Below the pieces are notes generated by a model. That model was given only the letters and a program-made list of their open reading frames with translations. It was not told the origin of the DNA and did no database searches. Shown one piece after another: positions 11,174-23,113 of a DNA stretch of 64,000 bases (positions are counted from its first letter, which is position 1; every line of letters starts with the position of its first letter). Source of the stretch: Elusimicrobiota bacterium (GTDB taxonomy: Bacteria > Elusimicrobiota > Elusimicrobia > UBA1565 > UBA9628); assembly GCA_023213235.1 (NCBI GenBank), contig CP096137.1, forward strand, positions 2,728,908 through 2,792,907. Reading direction: 5' to 3'. The translations under genes were made by a program, and so were the position numbers.

Positions 11174-12727
11174 TTACTGCCGTATGGACTGGAGGAATTC
11201 CCGGACGCTGCGGTTGTTCGGGTCGATCTCCAGCACGCGGCGCCACACCGCGACGGCCTTGTCCTTCTGGTCCATCAGGAAGAAGGCCGAGCCCATGATC
11301 TCGAGCGCCGTCACGTTGTTGGGCTCGAGGTCGAGGACGTCCTGCGAGCGGCGCACGGCGGCGTCGTACTTGCCGTCGTAGATGGACTGGCGGGCGTCGA
11401 AGACCTTCTGGTCGATGAACGTGAACTGCTCCGGGCCCTCGAGGCGGCGGGTCGCGTCCTGGACGCCGGCTTCGCGTTCGACCATGTTCAGCAGGCCGAG
11501 GAGCTTTTCATCCCGGGGGTTCTTATTGAAAGCGTAGCGCAGCGCGTTGACGGAGACCTTGAGGTCGCGGCCGTCGACGTAGGCGATCGCGCCGCGGCGG
11601 ATGAAGGTCACGTACTCCTCGCCGCCGGTGGCCTGCGGGACGAAGTTCGTCACGTTGCCGAGGCGCGCGATCATCTGCGCGACCTGCTTGTTGCCGGGCG
11701 CGGCGTCCTGCGCCTGGTTGAAGCGCTGGGCGGCGAGCGCGAAGTTGCCTTCCTGGAAGGCCTCCATCGCCTGCTTGATGAAGTTCTTGACCTGGGTCGT
11801 GGAGCGGTCCGTGCGCGACTGGCCGAAGCGGAAGCTGACCGAGAAGCGCGTCGAGGAGCCGAGGTCGTGGATGCCCTGCGCGACGTCGAGCGAGAAGCTC
11901 TTGAAGTTGAGGCCGAAGCCGAAGTCGGTCTCCTGGATCTGCGGCAGCCCCAGCAGGCCGAAGCGGAACGCGAACCAGCGCGACACCCAGTACTCGCCGC
12001 CGAAGCGCAGGTCGGTGCTGCCGTTGAGGACCTTGTTGATGTCGGCGGCGAGCGTCAGGCGCTCCTTGAACAGGCGCAGGGAGTTGCCGAGCTTGATGAC
12101 GACGGGCAGCTTGTCGTCGGTGTCGCCGGTGCGCATCGCGAAGACGTTCTGCATGCCGAGGCCCAGGCGGTAGGCGCTGCCCATCTGCTTCATCGCGCCG
12201 ATGTCGAGCGTCTTGAAGTTGTCCGACGAGCCGCCGAGCTTGCGCGTGACCTGCTTGAGGCCCATGCCGAAGCTGACGGTCTCCGTCACGTTCTTGCCCC
12301 AGGCGAAGCCCATCGCCTGCTGCTGGTCGGCGAACGAGCCGCCGGCGGTGATCGACGCCGGCTCGTTGGTCGCCGGGTTGAGGACCACGTCGACCTGCTC
12401 GAAGCCGGTGTTCGCGAGCTGGGTCATGTGCAGCGCGAAGGTGGAGCCGCCCTTGGTCGGGTATGCGAAGCTGAAGTAGGTGAGCTTGGTCTGCTGGAAG
12501 AGGGTCGCCTGCATCGTGGTGACCTCTTTGCGCTGAACCTGGGAGAGGCCGGCGGGGTTCCAGTAGGCGGCGGAGGCGTCGTCGGAGATCGCGTAGTAGG
12601 CGCCGCCCATCGCGAGCGCGCGGCCGCCGACGCCGTAAGTCAGGAACGCGCCGGGTTGGCCGCCGCTGCCGGTTTGGGCGCCCGCCGCGGAGGCGAGAAG
12701 CGCGATAAGAGCGCACGCGCGCGCCAT
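11174..12727 (-). CDS. outer-membrane beta-barrel (PorV/FadL-like N-terminal motif) with C-terminal TPR domain
   Basis: Signal MARACALIALLASAAGAQ. GGRALAMGGAYYAISDDASAAYWNPAGL is the motif I associate with PorV/UPF0164-type barrels. Alternating beta pattern up to ...FSVSFRFGQ. TPR-like C-terminal 200 aa (DGKYDAAVRRSQDVLDLEPNNVTALEIMGSAFF...). The start was chosen at Met24 of ORF 11174-12796. Confidence 0.6.
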   Translation of the reverse strand: MARACALIALLASAAGAQTGSGGQPGAFLTYGVGGRALAMGGAYYAISDDASAAYWNPAGLSQVQRKEVTTMQATLFQQTKLTYFSFAYPTKGGSTFALHMTQLANTGFEQVDVVLNPATNEPASITAGGSFADQQQAMGFAWGKNVTETVSFGMGLKQVTRKLGGSSDNFKTLDIGAMKQMGSAYRLGLGMQNVFAMRTGDTDDKLPVVIKLGNSLRLFKERLTLAADINKVLNGSTDLRFGGEYWVSRWFAFRFGLLGLPQIQETDFGFGLNFKSFSLDVAQGIHDLGSSTRFSVSFRFGQSRTDRSTTQVKNFIKQAMEAFQEGNFALAAQRFNQAQDAAPGNKQVAQMIARLGNVTNFVPQATGGEEYVTFIRRGAIAYVDGRDLKVSVNALRYAFNKNPRDEKLLGLLNMVEREAGVQDATRRLEGPEQFTFIDQKVFDARQSIYDGKYDAAVRRSQDVLDLEPNNVTALEIMGSAFFLMDQKDKAVAVWRRVLEIDPNNRSVREFLQSIRQ

Positions 12728-12804
12728 GGCCTCAACGGGCACCAACGCGCGCGCGCAGCGCACAGGGGACGAGCCCCTCGCAATTTTAGCGGGCATGACT
12801 ATTC

Positions 12805-12969
12805 GGTAGCCTGACGCTCCCCAACCATCGGGGAGTCATGGCTTTGCGCCCCCGCCTTGCGGCGGGTTTGCCGTTATCGCCTGTTGGGCGCCCGACGGCC
12901 CGGACCCCCGCTGGATCAACCAACCCCCGATCCAAAAACGAGTCCGGAAGCGCGAAACAGGATGCTACC
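12805..12969. ncRNA. candidate structured RNA / leader in a divergent intergenic region (identity unknown)
   Basis: Nested complementarity read by eye: GGTAGC/GCTACC (12805-10 with 12964-69), CTG/CAG, CTCCCC/GGGGAG (12817-22 with 12830-35), CCCGCC-TTGC-GGCGGG followed by TTTG (12851-66), CCGGAC/GTCCGG enclosing GGATC/GATCC. No family assigned. Confidence 0.2.
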
Positions 12970-13050
12970 CGACCAGTGTAACGGAATTGTGTCGATTGTC
13001 AAGGCCTCGGGTCTGGACAACCCGAACCCGTCCTGATACACTCCGGGAAC

Positions 13051-13724
13051 ATGAGCGCTCCGGACGAGGAGGTCCAGGAAAGCCGCAAGAAGCGCACCTA
13101 CCTGCTTCTGGCGGGCGGCGCCGCCTCCCTCCTCCTTCCTTTAGCCGGCGTCGTCTACATCAAGGTCAACGAGAGCAAGGCCGCTCGCGCCCCGGGGCAG
13201 GCGTCCTCCGTCTTCGACCGCCGCGAGGGCGGCGACGCCAAGGTCGTCGTCACCCAGACCGTCACGATCAACCCGGCCGTCGCCGCTTCCGCTTCCTCCC
13301 TGCCGGTCGGCGGCGGGACGACCGAGGCTCCGTCGGGCTCGTCGCTCGATTTCGTCAAGGGCGGCTCGAACGCCTACTTCCAGGACAAGGATAAGGCGGC
13401 CGAGCCGCCGAAAGCCTCGACGCCGACCCCCGCCGCGGCCTCCGCGCCGGAGCCCGAGCCGGAGCCGGTGAAGGCCGCCGGCAAGGGCGGAAAGAAGGCC
13501 TTCGTCATGCCGCGCCTCTCGGGCACGAAGAGCATGGCCGGCTCCAACTTCAAGGGCTCGGGGGCTCGCCGAAGCCGGGCGGGATGGCGGGGATGGCGGG
13601 CGTGGCCGACCCGCAGTCGGGCAAGGGCGGCCAGGACATGGCCGACATGCTCAAGAACATCCCCGGCGGCATCAACAACCCCGAAGTCCAGAAGCTCATC
13701 CAGAAGAACAAGGCCAAGAAGTAG
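13051..13724 (+). CDS. membrane-anchored Ala/Pro-rich protein of unknown function, frame broken once
   Basis: N-terminal TM YLLLAGGAASLLLPLAGVVYI and a low-complexity periplasmic part. After a G-run near 13562 the plausible continuation is ...SPKPGGMAGMAGVADPQSGKGGQDMADMLKNIPGGINNPEVQKLIQKNKAKK*, with TAG at 13722-13724. The rest of ORF 13051-14241 is Arg/Ser-rich read-through over the next gene. Confidence 0.5.
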
Positions 13725-13730
13725 CCCGGC

Positions 13731-14584
13731 GTGCGCCACCTCCTCCTCGCGGCCGCCGTCCTCTGCCTCTCCCTGCCCGCGCTGTTCATCCGCTTCGCCG
13801 CCGCGCCCATCGAGGCGATCGGCTTCTGGCGCCTCGCGCTGGCCTGCGCGGCGCTGGCCCCCTTCGCGTGGCGCCGCCGCGCCGCGTGGACGCCGGCCAA
13901 GGCCCGCGCGACGGCCCTGGCCGCGGCCTGCTTCTTCCTCCACCTCTGGACCTTCACCTGGGCCGTCCGCCACACGACGGTCGCCAACCTCATGCTCGCG
14001 TTCTCGACGCATCCGCTGTGGACGGGCGTCGGCGCCTGGCTGCTGTTCGGCGAACGTCTCGGCCGCCGGGAGCTGGGCGGCCTGGCGCTCGCGGGCGCCG
14101 GAATGCTCGTGCTCTTCGGCGGCTCGGCGCGCCTCGGCGGCTCCGGCCTGGCCGGCGACCTCTCGGCGCTCGTCTCGGCGATCACGTTCTCGGGCTGGGT
14201 GCTCGCCGGGCGCGGCGTGCGCCGCGGCCTCGACAACGTAAGCTTCCTCCTTGGCGCCTACGGCGCGACCGCCGCGTTCTTCCTCCTGCTCGGCGCCGCG
14301 CGCGGCTCGCCCATGACGGGCTACCCGCCGGCGACGTGGGCGGCCCTCGCGGGCCTGGCCTTCGCCGTGAGCCTCGGCGGCCACGGCCTGTTCAGCTACC
14401 TGCTCAACGAGTACGGAGTCCTGACGCTTTCCTGCGCCAAGCTCGTCGAGCCGGTGCTCGCGGCGCTCGGCGCGTTCTGGCTGTTCGGGGAGCCGCTGTC
14501 CCCCGCCTCGGCGCGGCCTTCGCGCTCATCGCCGCGGGCGTCCTCGTCCTCCTCCAGCGCCGAAAAACCGACATCGAAGCGTGA
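13731..14584 (+). CDS. EamA/DMT-family transporter, frame broken near the C-terminus
   Basis: About ten hydrophobic helices and two EamA-like halves (...LFGERLGRRELGGLALAGAGMLVL... and ...LFGEPLSP/RLGAAFALIAAGVLVLLQRR). The C-terminus is recovered from the frame of ORF 13868-14584 by a shift at C-run 14499-14504. Confidence 0.75.
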
Positions 14585-14630
14585 CGGCGCCGTGATGGGA
14601 CGCCGCCGCCTCCGGCGCTAGACTGAGGGC

Positions 14631-15508
14631 GTGAGAAGCGCCTTCCTCCTCGCCGTCCTGCTCGCCTCCCCGCCGGCGCGGCGACCGTCCTGCTCAAGGA
14701 CGGCGGCCGGCTCGAGGGCCGGGTCATCTCCGCCGGGGAGACCGAGGTCGTCGTCGAGACCGCCGCCGGCGTGCGCCGCGTCGACGCGGCCCTCGTGCGC
14801 GGAATCGAGTACGAGGCGCCCGCTGCGCCCGCCCCGGCGGCCCCGCCCGCCTCGGCCGCCTCCTCGACTTCCGGGCCGCCGGACAAGAACGTATTCTCCC
14901 TCGCCTTCGGCCTGGGCGCGCCGCTCGACGACGTGGGCTTCGGCGCGGTCGGCGGCGGCACGGCCAACGACGGCGACATCGGCCCGCTGCTCGGCGCGCG
15001 CTGGCTGCGCGAGCTCGACGGCAAGCTCGCCCTCGGCGCGGACCTCGAGTACTTCCACCGCGGCGCGACGAACTCTCCCGGCCTCCTTCCGCTCGCGAAC
15101 TCCTCCGTCAGCGGCGACAACTTCCTGTTCATGGGCGTGGCGCGCTGGTACCTGACGGAGCGCGGCAACGCGCGGCCCTACGTGCTCGGCGGAGCCGGCG
15201 TCTCGCGCTCGTGGACCCGCGTCGACTCCGCCCCGCGCCCGGGCTTCGCCTGGACCGACACGAACACCGACGAGGCCCGCCGCCTGATCGACGACGGCGC
15301 GTGGGCGCTCGCGGGCACCGCGCGCGCGGGAGTCGACTTCGGCTGGGAACTGATGGGCCCCGCGCTGTTCGGCCTCGAGGCGGGCTACACCTGGCTGCAG
15401 CGCCGCCGCTTCGAGGCGACGCCCGCCGGCCGCGACCTCGGCCTGACCGGCGTCGACGGGGCGCTGCGCGTGTTCACGTTCGCGGCGCGGTGGAGCTGGC
15501 GATGGTGA
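14631..15508 (+). CDS. secreted / outer-membrane beta-barrel-like protein, frame broken once
   Basis: Signal MRSAFLLAVLLASP. A shift near 14668-14672 joins it to the frame of ORF 14771-15508 (TVLLKDGGRLEGRVISAGETEVVVET...). Alternating aromatic/Gly pattern with a terminal ...FTFAARWSWRW, typical of OMP C-termini. Confidence 0.55.
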
Positions 15509-16397
15509 GGATCACCTTCCGCCTTCTCGCCCTGACCTCGCTCGCGCCGCTGCTCGGCGCCGTCGGCATCGGCCCGCGCCGCGACGACGGCGGCGGCCGC
15601 CGCGAGGAGCGGAGCGAGGACCGGACCTCCGCGCCGGCGCCCGCCGCGCCCGCGCATTCGGGCCCCGGGCGCGTCGGCATCCAGCGGCGCGAGCCCTCCG
15701 GCTCGTCCTGGTCCGGCCCGTCCGGCTCCCACGCGCCGTCGGCCGCGCCGGGACGAGTCGGCATCCACCGCTACGACGTTCCGCATTCGTCCTACCGCTC
15801 CGGCAACCGGTACCGCCGCTGGCACGGCGGCGGCGCGAATTGGCACGGCTACTACGGAGGCTCGCGCTGGTACTGGACGCGGCCCTACAACGGCTACACG
15901 TGGTGGTACGACGAGCCGTACGGACGCTGGGCCTGGTGGCACGGCGGACATTGGTGGCACGCCGGCCCCGGCGGCGCGGCCGTCGTCTACGTCCAAGGCG
16001 CCCCGCCGCCGCCAGTCGCCGTCGAGGCCTCGCCCGCCGCGACGCCGTCCGGCGACCCGGGTCCGTGGACGAGCCCGAGCGGCCGCCGCCTCGTCGAGGT
16101 CGTCGGCGAGGACCGCCAGGCGATCCTTTACGACAAGACCGGGCCCGCGCCCGCCTACCTGCGCCTGCTCGGCCGCGGAGCGTCGAAGGTGCGTTTCTCC
16201 AAAGCCGGCGCGGGGACCTCGATCATGGTCGAGTTCGCCGACGGCACCTTCGCGCTGTTCGACGAGGACGGCAAGCCGCTCAACGCCGAGGCTCATGCCC
16301 CCGCCGTCGCCGTCCCGGCGGCGTCGACGACGCCGGTGAAGATCCCCGCTCCTCCTCCCCTCCGCCGGGCGACCTGCCTCCGGCGCCCGCCGAATAG
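15502..16397 (+). CDS. secreted Trp/Tyr/Gly/Arg-rich protein of unknown function, frame broken near the end
   Basis: The ATG at 15502 overlaps the previous stop. Signal MVRITFRLLALTSLAPLLGAVG. Striking segment WHGYYGGSRWYWTRPYNGYTWWYDEPYGRWAWWHGGHWWHAGPGG. The C-terminus PPPGDLPPAPAE* (TAG 16395-16397) is reached by a shift near 16355-16360. Confidence 0.5.
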
Positions 16398-16484
16398 CGG
16401 GACGTCGCGGCGGGACTTAGGGCCCAGCGCGACACGGGCCCTCTACCCCAGGCCCCCGGCCGGCCACGCGGGCATACTGGGGGC

Positions 16485-16945
16485 ATGAAGAATGTCCTCG
16501 CCGCACTCGCGCTCGCCGTTCTCGCCGCGCCCGCCTTCGCAGGCGGCGAGGCGGTCGCCCAGTTGCGCGGCGCCGCCGCGGATCACCGAGCCGGCGCGAC
16601 GTCCTACGACGGCGGCTACGCCGGCGAGGAAAGCGGGGCCATTGCCGGCCGGCGCACGCCGGAGCAACTCCCCACCTTGTCCGGAGTCGTTCCCACCGCT
16701 GCGGTCAAAGCGCCCGAGAAGGCCGAAGTGCCGAAGCCGGACTGCCCCCGTGCCCCGACGACCGCCCGTGGTACAAGAAGCCCCTCAACATAGGCCTCGG
16801 CGCGGCCGCCGTCGGCGCGGCGATCGGCGTCGCCGCGGCTCCCGTCGCCTTTCCGCTGCTGATCTGCGCGGCGGTCGGCGCCGCCTACGGCTTCTTCGCC
16901 GGCTTCTGGGGCGGCAAGTTCGCCGAGAGCCGGGGCTGGCTCTAG
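16485..16945 (+). CDS. small secreted protein with C-terminal Gly/Ala-rich membrane helices, frame broken once
   Basis: Signal MKNVLAALALAVLAAPAFAG. After about 16745 the third frame gives PWYKKPLNIGLGAAAVGAAIGVAAAPVAFPLLICAAVGAAYGFFAGFWGGKFAESRGWL*, ending at 16945. Confidence 0.45.
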
Positions 16946-16946
16946 C

Positions 16947-17498
16947 TCAGCGCTTCCGGCGCCAGCACGCCTCGTCGTGGTCGTCGACGAGCCCGCACGC
17001 CTGCAGGAACGCGTACATGATCGTCGAACCGACGAAGTTGAACCCGCGCTTCTTGAGGTCCTTCGAGAGCGCGTCGGACTCCGGCGACGTCGCGCGGTAA
17101 GGCGCGCCCTTCTTCCTCACAATCGTCTTTCCGCCGGTGAAGGCCCAGACGTATTTATCGAAAGACCCGAACTCCTTCTGGATCGCGAGGAAGGCCTTCG
17201 CGTTCTCGGTCGCGGCCGCGATCTTGGCGCGGTTGCGGATGATGCCGGGATCGCGCAATTGGGCCGCATGCCGAGCCCTGTCATATCGCGCGACCTTTCG
17301 CGGGTCGAAGCCGTCGTAGGCTTTCCGGTAGCCTTCGCGCCGGCGCAGGATCGTGATCCACGACAAGCCGGCTTGCGCCCCCTCGAGGATCAGGAACTCG
17401 AAGAAAGTCCTGTCGTCGTGGACGGGCACGCCCCACTCGCGATCATGATAATCGCAGTAGAGAGGGTCCGTCCCGGCCCAGGCGCAGCGGGTCTTCAG
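16947..17498 (-). CDS. tag: DNA-3-methyladenine glycosylase I
   Basis: Only the last ~183 aa of ORF 16947-20522 make sense: [48 protein letters not shown]...[20 protein letters not shown]. The start is probably a non-ATG codon (CTG) overlapping the sucD stop, so it is uncertain. Confidence 0.8.
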   Translation of the reverse strand: MKTRCAWAGTDPLYCDYHDREWGVPVHDDRTFFEFLILEGAQAGLSWITILRRREGYRKAYDGFDPRKVARYDRARHAAQLRDPGIIRNRAKIAAATENAKAFLAIQKEFGSFDKYVWAFTGGKTIVRKKGAPYRATSPESDALSKDLKKRGFNFVGSTIMYAFLQACGLVDDHDEACWRRKR

Positions 17499-18391
17499 GC
17501 CGCGAGCGGCTTGAACGACTTCGCGACGGTCTCGCCGATCTCGGAGAGGTTCTCGACGACGGTGATGCCCGCCTCGCGCATCGCCTGGATCTTGGAGGCG
17601 TGCGTGCCGGCCCCGCCCTCGACGATCGCGCCCGCGTGGCCCATGCGGCGGCCCTCCGGGGCGGACTTGCCGGCGATGAAGCCGAACACGGGCTTGGACA
17701 TCTTGTCCTTGAAGAAGCGCGCCGCCTCTTCCTCGCCGGAGCCGCCGATCTCGCCGATCATGACGACGGCGTCGGTGCCCTCGTCTTCCTCGAACTTCGC
17801 GAGGATGTCGGCGTGGCTGGAGCCGTTGATCGGGTCGCCGCCGATGCCGACGACGGTGGACTGGCCGAGGCCGAGCTTGGTCAGCTGGTCGACGGCCTCG
17901 TAGGTGAGCGTGCCGGAGCGCGACACGACGCCGATGCGGCCGGGCTTGTGGATGAAGCCGGGCATGATGCCGAGCTTGCACTGGCCGGGCGTGATGACGC
18001 CGGGGCAGTTCGGACCGATCAAGGTGATCTCGCGGCCGGAGCGCTCGATCTGCTGGATGTAGCGCTTGACCTTGGCCATGTCGAGGACGGGAATGCCCTC
18101 GGTGATGCAGATGACGACCGAGCAGCCGCCGTCGACGGCCTCCATGATCGAGTCGGCGGCGAACGGCGCCGGCACGAGGATCATGGAGACGAACGCGCCC
18201 GTGTTGCGGACCGCGTCGTGGACGGTATTGAAGACGGGGCGGTCGAGGTGGGTCTGCCCGCCGCGGCCGGGGGTGACGCCGGCGACGATCTGCGTGCCGT
18301 AGTCGATGCACTGCTTCGAGTGGAAGGTGCCCTGCGAGCCGGTGAAGCCCTGGACGAGGATCTTCGAGTCTTTGTCGAGAATGATGGACAT
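17495..18391 (-). CDS. sucD: succinate--CoA ligase subunit alpha
   Basis: Intact 298-aa [57 protein letters not shown]. Confidence 0.95.
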   Translation of the reverse strand: MSIILDKDSKILVQGFTGSQGTFHSKQCIDYGTQIVAGVTPGRGGQTHLDRPVFNTVHDAVRNTGAFVSMILVPAPFAADSIMEAVDGGCSVVICITEGIPVLDMAKVKRYIQQIERSGREITLIGPNCPGVITPGQCKLGIMPGFIHKPGRIGVVSRSGTLTYEAVDQLTKLGLGQSTVVGIGGDPINGSSHADILAKFEEDEGTDAVVMIGEIGGSGEEEAARFFKDKMSKPVFGFIAGKSAPEGRRMGHAGAIVEGGAGTHASKIQAMREAGITVVENLSEIGETVAKSFKPLAA

Positions 18392-18394
18392 GGT

Positions 18395-19558
<1,164 letters not shown>

Positions 19559-19576
19559 GAGGGGATATTCCTTTTC

Positions 19577-20617
<1,041 letters not shown>

Positions 20618-20618
20618 G

Positions 20619-22493
20619 TTATTTGCCCCCGTTGAGGATCGCGTCGACGCCGGCCTCGATCTCGGTCACCTTGAACGGCTGGCCCTTGATCTTGTTGAGC
20701 CCCGTCGCCGGGACCAGGTACTTCGCGCGGATGATCTTGAGCAGCTGCCCCATGTTGAGCTCCGGGACCACGACGTGCTCGAAGTTCGCCATGATGTCGC
20801 CGAGGTCCGGCGGAAGCGGGTTCAAGTGGCGCAGGTGCACCGCCGAGACGCTCTTGCCCGCCTTCTGCAGGTTCTGCACGCCGGCCGTGATGGCGCCGTA
20901 CGTTCCGCCCCAGCCGATGACCAGGACCTTGCCCTTCTTCTCGCCGAGGATCTCGAGCGGCGGGATGTCCTGCGCCGCCTTGTTGACCTTGGCGGCGCGC
21001 AGGCGCACCATGCGCTCGTGGTTGTCGGGATCGTACGAGATGTTCCCGGTCACGTCCTGCTTCTCGATGCCGCCCAAGCGGTGCTCGTAGCCGGCCGTCC
21101 CGGGCGCCGCCCACGGGCGGGCCATCGTCTCGGGATCGCGCTTGTACAGCTTGAACTCCGACACCGGCGGCAGCGCCGGCGCGTCGAACTTCGCGAGCTT
21201 GGACGCGTCCGGGATCAGCCACGGCTCGGAGCCGTTGGCGAGGTAGCCGTCCGTCAGCAGGAACACGGGCGTCATGTACTTGACCGCCAGGCGCGAGGCC
21301 TCGTAGGCCATCGTGAAGCAGTCGCCGGGCGTCGCCGCCGCGACGACGATCGCGGGGCACTCGCCGTTGCGGCCGTACATCGCCTGGAACAGGTCCGCCT
21401 GCTCCGTCTTCGTCGGCAGGCCCGTCGACGGGCCGCCGCGCTGCACGTTGAGGATCACCAGCGGCAGCTCGGTCATCACGGCGAGACCGATCGCCTCCGC
21501 CTTGAGCGCGACGCCGGGGCCGGACGTGCCGGTCAGCGCCAGGTGGCCCGCGAAGGCCGCGCCGATGGCGGAACCGATCGCCGCGATCTCGTCCTCGGCC
21601 TGGAAGGTCTTCACGCCGAAGTTCTTGTTCTTCGAGAGCTCGTGAAGAACGTCGGACGCGGGCGTGATCGGGTAGGACCCGTACCACAGCGGGCGGCCGC
21701 AGACGCTGGACGCGGCGATGAAGCCGAGCGCGGTGGCCTCGTTGCCCGTGATATTGCGATACACGCCGGGCTTGATCGGCGCCTTGTTGACCCGGAAGTG
21801 GTGGCCGAAGATCTCGGCCGTCTCGGCGTACGCGTTGCCGGCGTGAAGCGCCTTGTGGTTGGCCTCGACGTACTTCGGGTTCTTCTTGAACTTCGTCTCG
21901 ATCCACTTCAGCGTCGCCGCCATCGGGCGGTCGTAGAGCCAGTACATCATGCCGAGCGCGAAGAAGTTCTTGCAGCGCTCGGTCTCCGTCGCCGTCAGGC
22001 CCATGCCGTCGAGCGCGTTGCGCGTCAGGCGCCCGAGCTCCACGGGGATCACCCGGAACTCCGAGAGCGAGCCGTCCTCGAGCGGGTTCTTCCCGTCGGG
22101 GTAGCCGGCCTTCTTCAGGTTGGCCGCGTTGAAGGTGTCCTTATTGACGATGATCATCCCGCCCTTCTTGATGTCGTGAAGGTTGGCCTTGAGCGCGGCC
22201 GGGTTCATCGCCACGAACACGTCGGGCGCGTCGCCGGGAGTCAGCACCTGGCGCGACGAGAACTGGATCTGGAAGCCGGACACGCCGGCGGTCGTGCCCA
22301 CGGGGGCGCGGATCTCGGCGGGATAGTCGGGGAAGGTCGCGAGGTCGTTGCCGGCGAAGGCGGTCGTCGTCGTGAACTGCATGCCGGTCAGCTGGATGCC
22401 GTCGCCGGAGTCGCCGGCGAAACGGATCACGGCGGATTCGATCTCTTCGACGGGAAGCGGGGCGGATTTCGGCGAGGTCGTGGTGTCGCTCAT
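20619..22493 (-). CDS. korA: 2-oxoglutarate/2-oxoacid:ferredoxin oxidoreductase subunit alpha (alpha/gamma fusion type)
   Basis: Intact ORF. N-terminal gamma-like part (IRFAGDSGDGIQLTG...) followed by the alpha part (NEATALGFIAAS...YPITPASD...GSAIGAAFAG). The start was set at MSDTTT (22493). ORF-track start is 22523. Confidence 0.9.
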   Translation of the reverse strand: MSDTTTSPKSAPLPVEEIESAVIRFAGDSGDGIQLTGMQFTTTTAFAGNDLATFPDYPAEIRAPVGTTAGVSGFQIQFSSRQVLTPGDAPDVFVAMNPAALKANLHDIKKGGMIIVNKDTFNAANLKKAGYPDGKNPLEDGSLSEFRVIPVELGRLTRNALDGMGLTATETERCKNFFALGMMYWLYDRPMAATLKWIETKFKKNPKYVEANHKALHAGNAYAETAEIFGHHFRVNKAPIKPGVYRNITGNEATALGFIAASSVCGRPLWYGSYPITPASDVLHELSKNKNFGVKTFQAEDEIAAIGSAIGAAFAGHLALTGTSGPGVALKAEAIGLAVMTELPLVILNVQRGGPSTGLPTKTEQADLFQAMYGRNGECPAIVVAAATPGDCFTMAYEASRLAVKYMTPVFLLTDGYLANGSEPWLIPDASKLAKFDAPALPPVSEFKLYKRDPETMARPWAAPGTAGYEHRLGGIEKQDVTGNISYDPDNHERMVRLRAAKVNKAAQDIPPLEILGEKKGKVLVIGWGGTYGAITAGVQNLQKAGKSVSAVHLRHLNPLPPDLGDIMANFEHVVVPELNMGQLLKIIRAKYLVPATGLNKIKGQPFKVTEIEAGVDAILNGGK

Positions 22494-22573
22494 CAGACGA
22501 TTATAGCCCCGGAAACGGGCCACGAGTATTGACCTAGATCAACGGTTTTGGAGTCCCCGGGAAGCGACGAAAG

Positions 22574-23113
22574 TTAGCGGGAGTCCGACGGAGCGGTCGC
22601 CATGGCGACCACCTCGAGCAGGCCCTGCGCGGCGCCGGCCTGGGAGGCCGGGGTCACGGGCCGGACGGCGACGATGCGGGGCCGCGCGGGAGCGGTCGAG
22701 GCGGCGATCTCGAAGGTCGGGATGCCGGACGCGGGGCGCATCGGCGGCAGGAGCGAGGCGAACACGCGTGTCCAGACGCGCGGCTGGGTCTGGGCGGGCG
22801 CCGTCACGGCCGGGCGCTCGTCGTCCTTGGCGGGCGCCGGGGCGGCCGACGTCGAGACGGCGGGCGCCTGACGGGCGGCGACGGGGGCCGCCTCGGGGTT
22901 CAGCGCGTCGGCCTCGTCGTCGGGGGCGGCGCCCTTTTCCTCGTTCCTGCGGTCGCGGCCCTGATCGGGCGGCAGGGCCGACTCCTCGGCGGCGGGGCCG
23001 CGGTCGGTCTTGGCCGACTCGCCCATCGCGAGCAAGGTCCCGTAGGCGTCGGTCGCCTCGGCGCGGGCCGAGAGCGGCAGGACCAGGATGGCGGCGAGAA
23101 GCAGGCGCTTCAT
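22574..23113 (-). CDS. secreted Ala/Pro-rich protein of unknown function
   Basis: Signal MKRLLLAAILVLPLSARA at Met27 of ORF 22574-23191. Low-complexity acidic and Pro/Ala-rich sequence. Confidence 0.4.
   Translation of the reverse strand: MKRLLLAAILVLPLSARAEATDAYGTLLAMGESAKTDRGPAAEESALPPDQGRDRRNEEKGAAPDDEADALNPEAAPVAARQAPAVSTSAAPAPAKDDERPAVTAPAQTQPRVWTRVFASLLPPMRPASGIPTFEIAASTAPARPRIVAVRPVTPASQAGAAQGLLEVVAMATAPSDSR

Noticed and set aside
9497-12814. 1,105-aa plus-strand ORF, the longest single ORF in this part of the window
   Set aside because: It lies antisense to the FliF/FliG-like gene and the outer-membrane barrel gene, both of which have recognisable motifs. Its translation is monotonous L/R/E/D/A/G/H-rich text with no motifs. 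This is the usual stop-free antisense frame of ~70 % G+C DNA.
12797-13050. SRP (4.5S) RNA or RNase P RNA, prompted by the string GAGTCCGGAAGCG
   Set aside because: The SRP domain IV core (GGUCCGGAAGGAAGCAGC, with the closing pairs around the GGAA loop) is not reproduced. The RNase P GGAAAGUCCGG box is absent, and the length does not fit RNase P. The region is kept only as an unassigned structured element.
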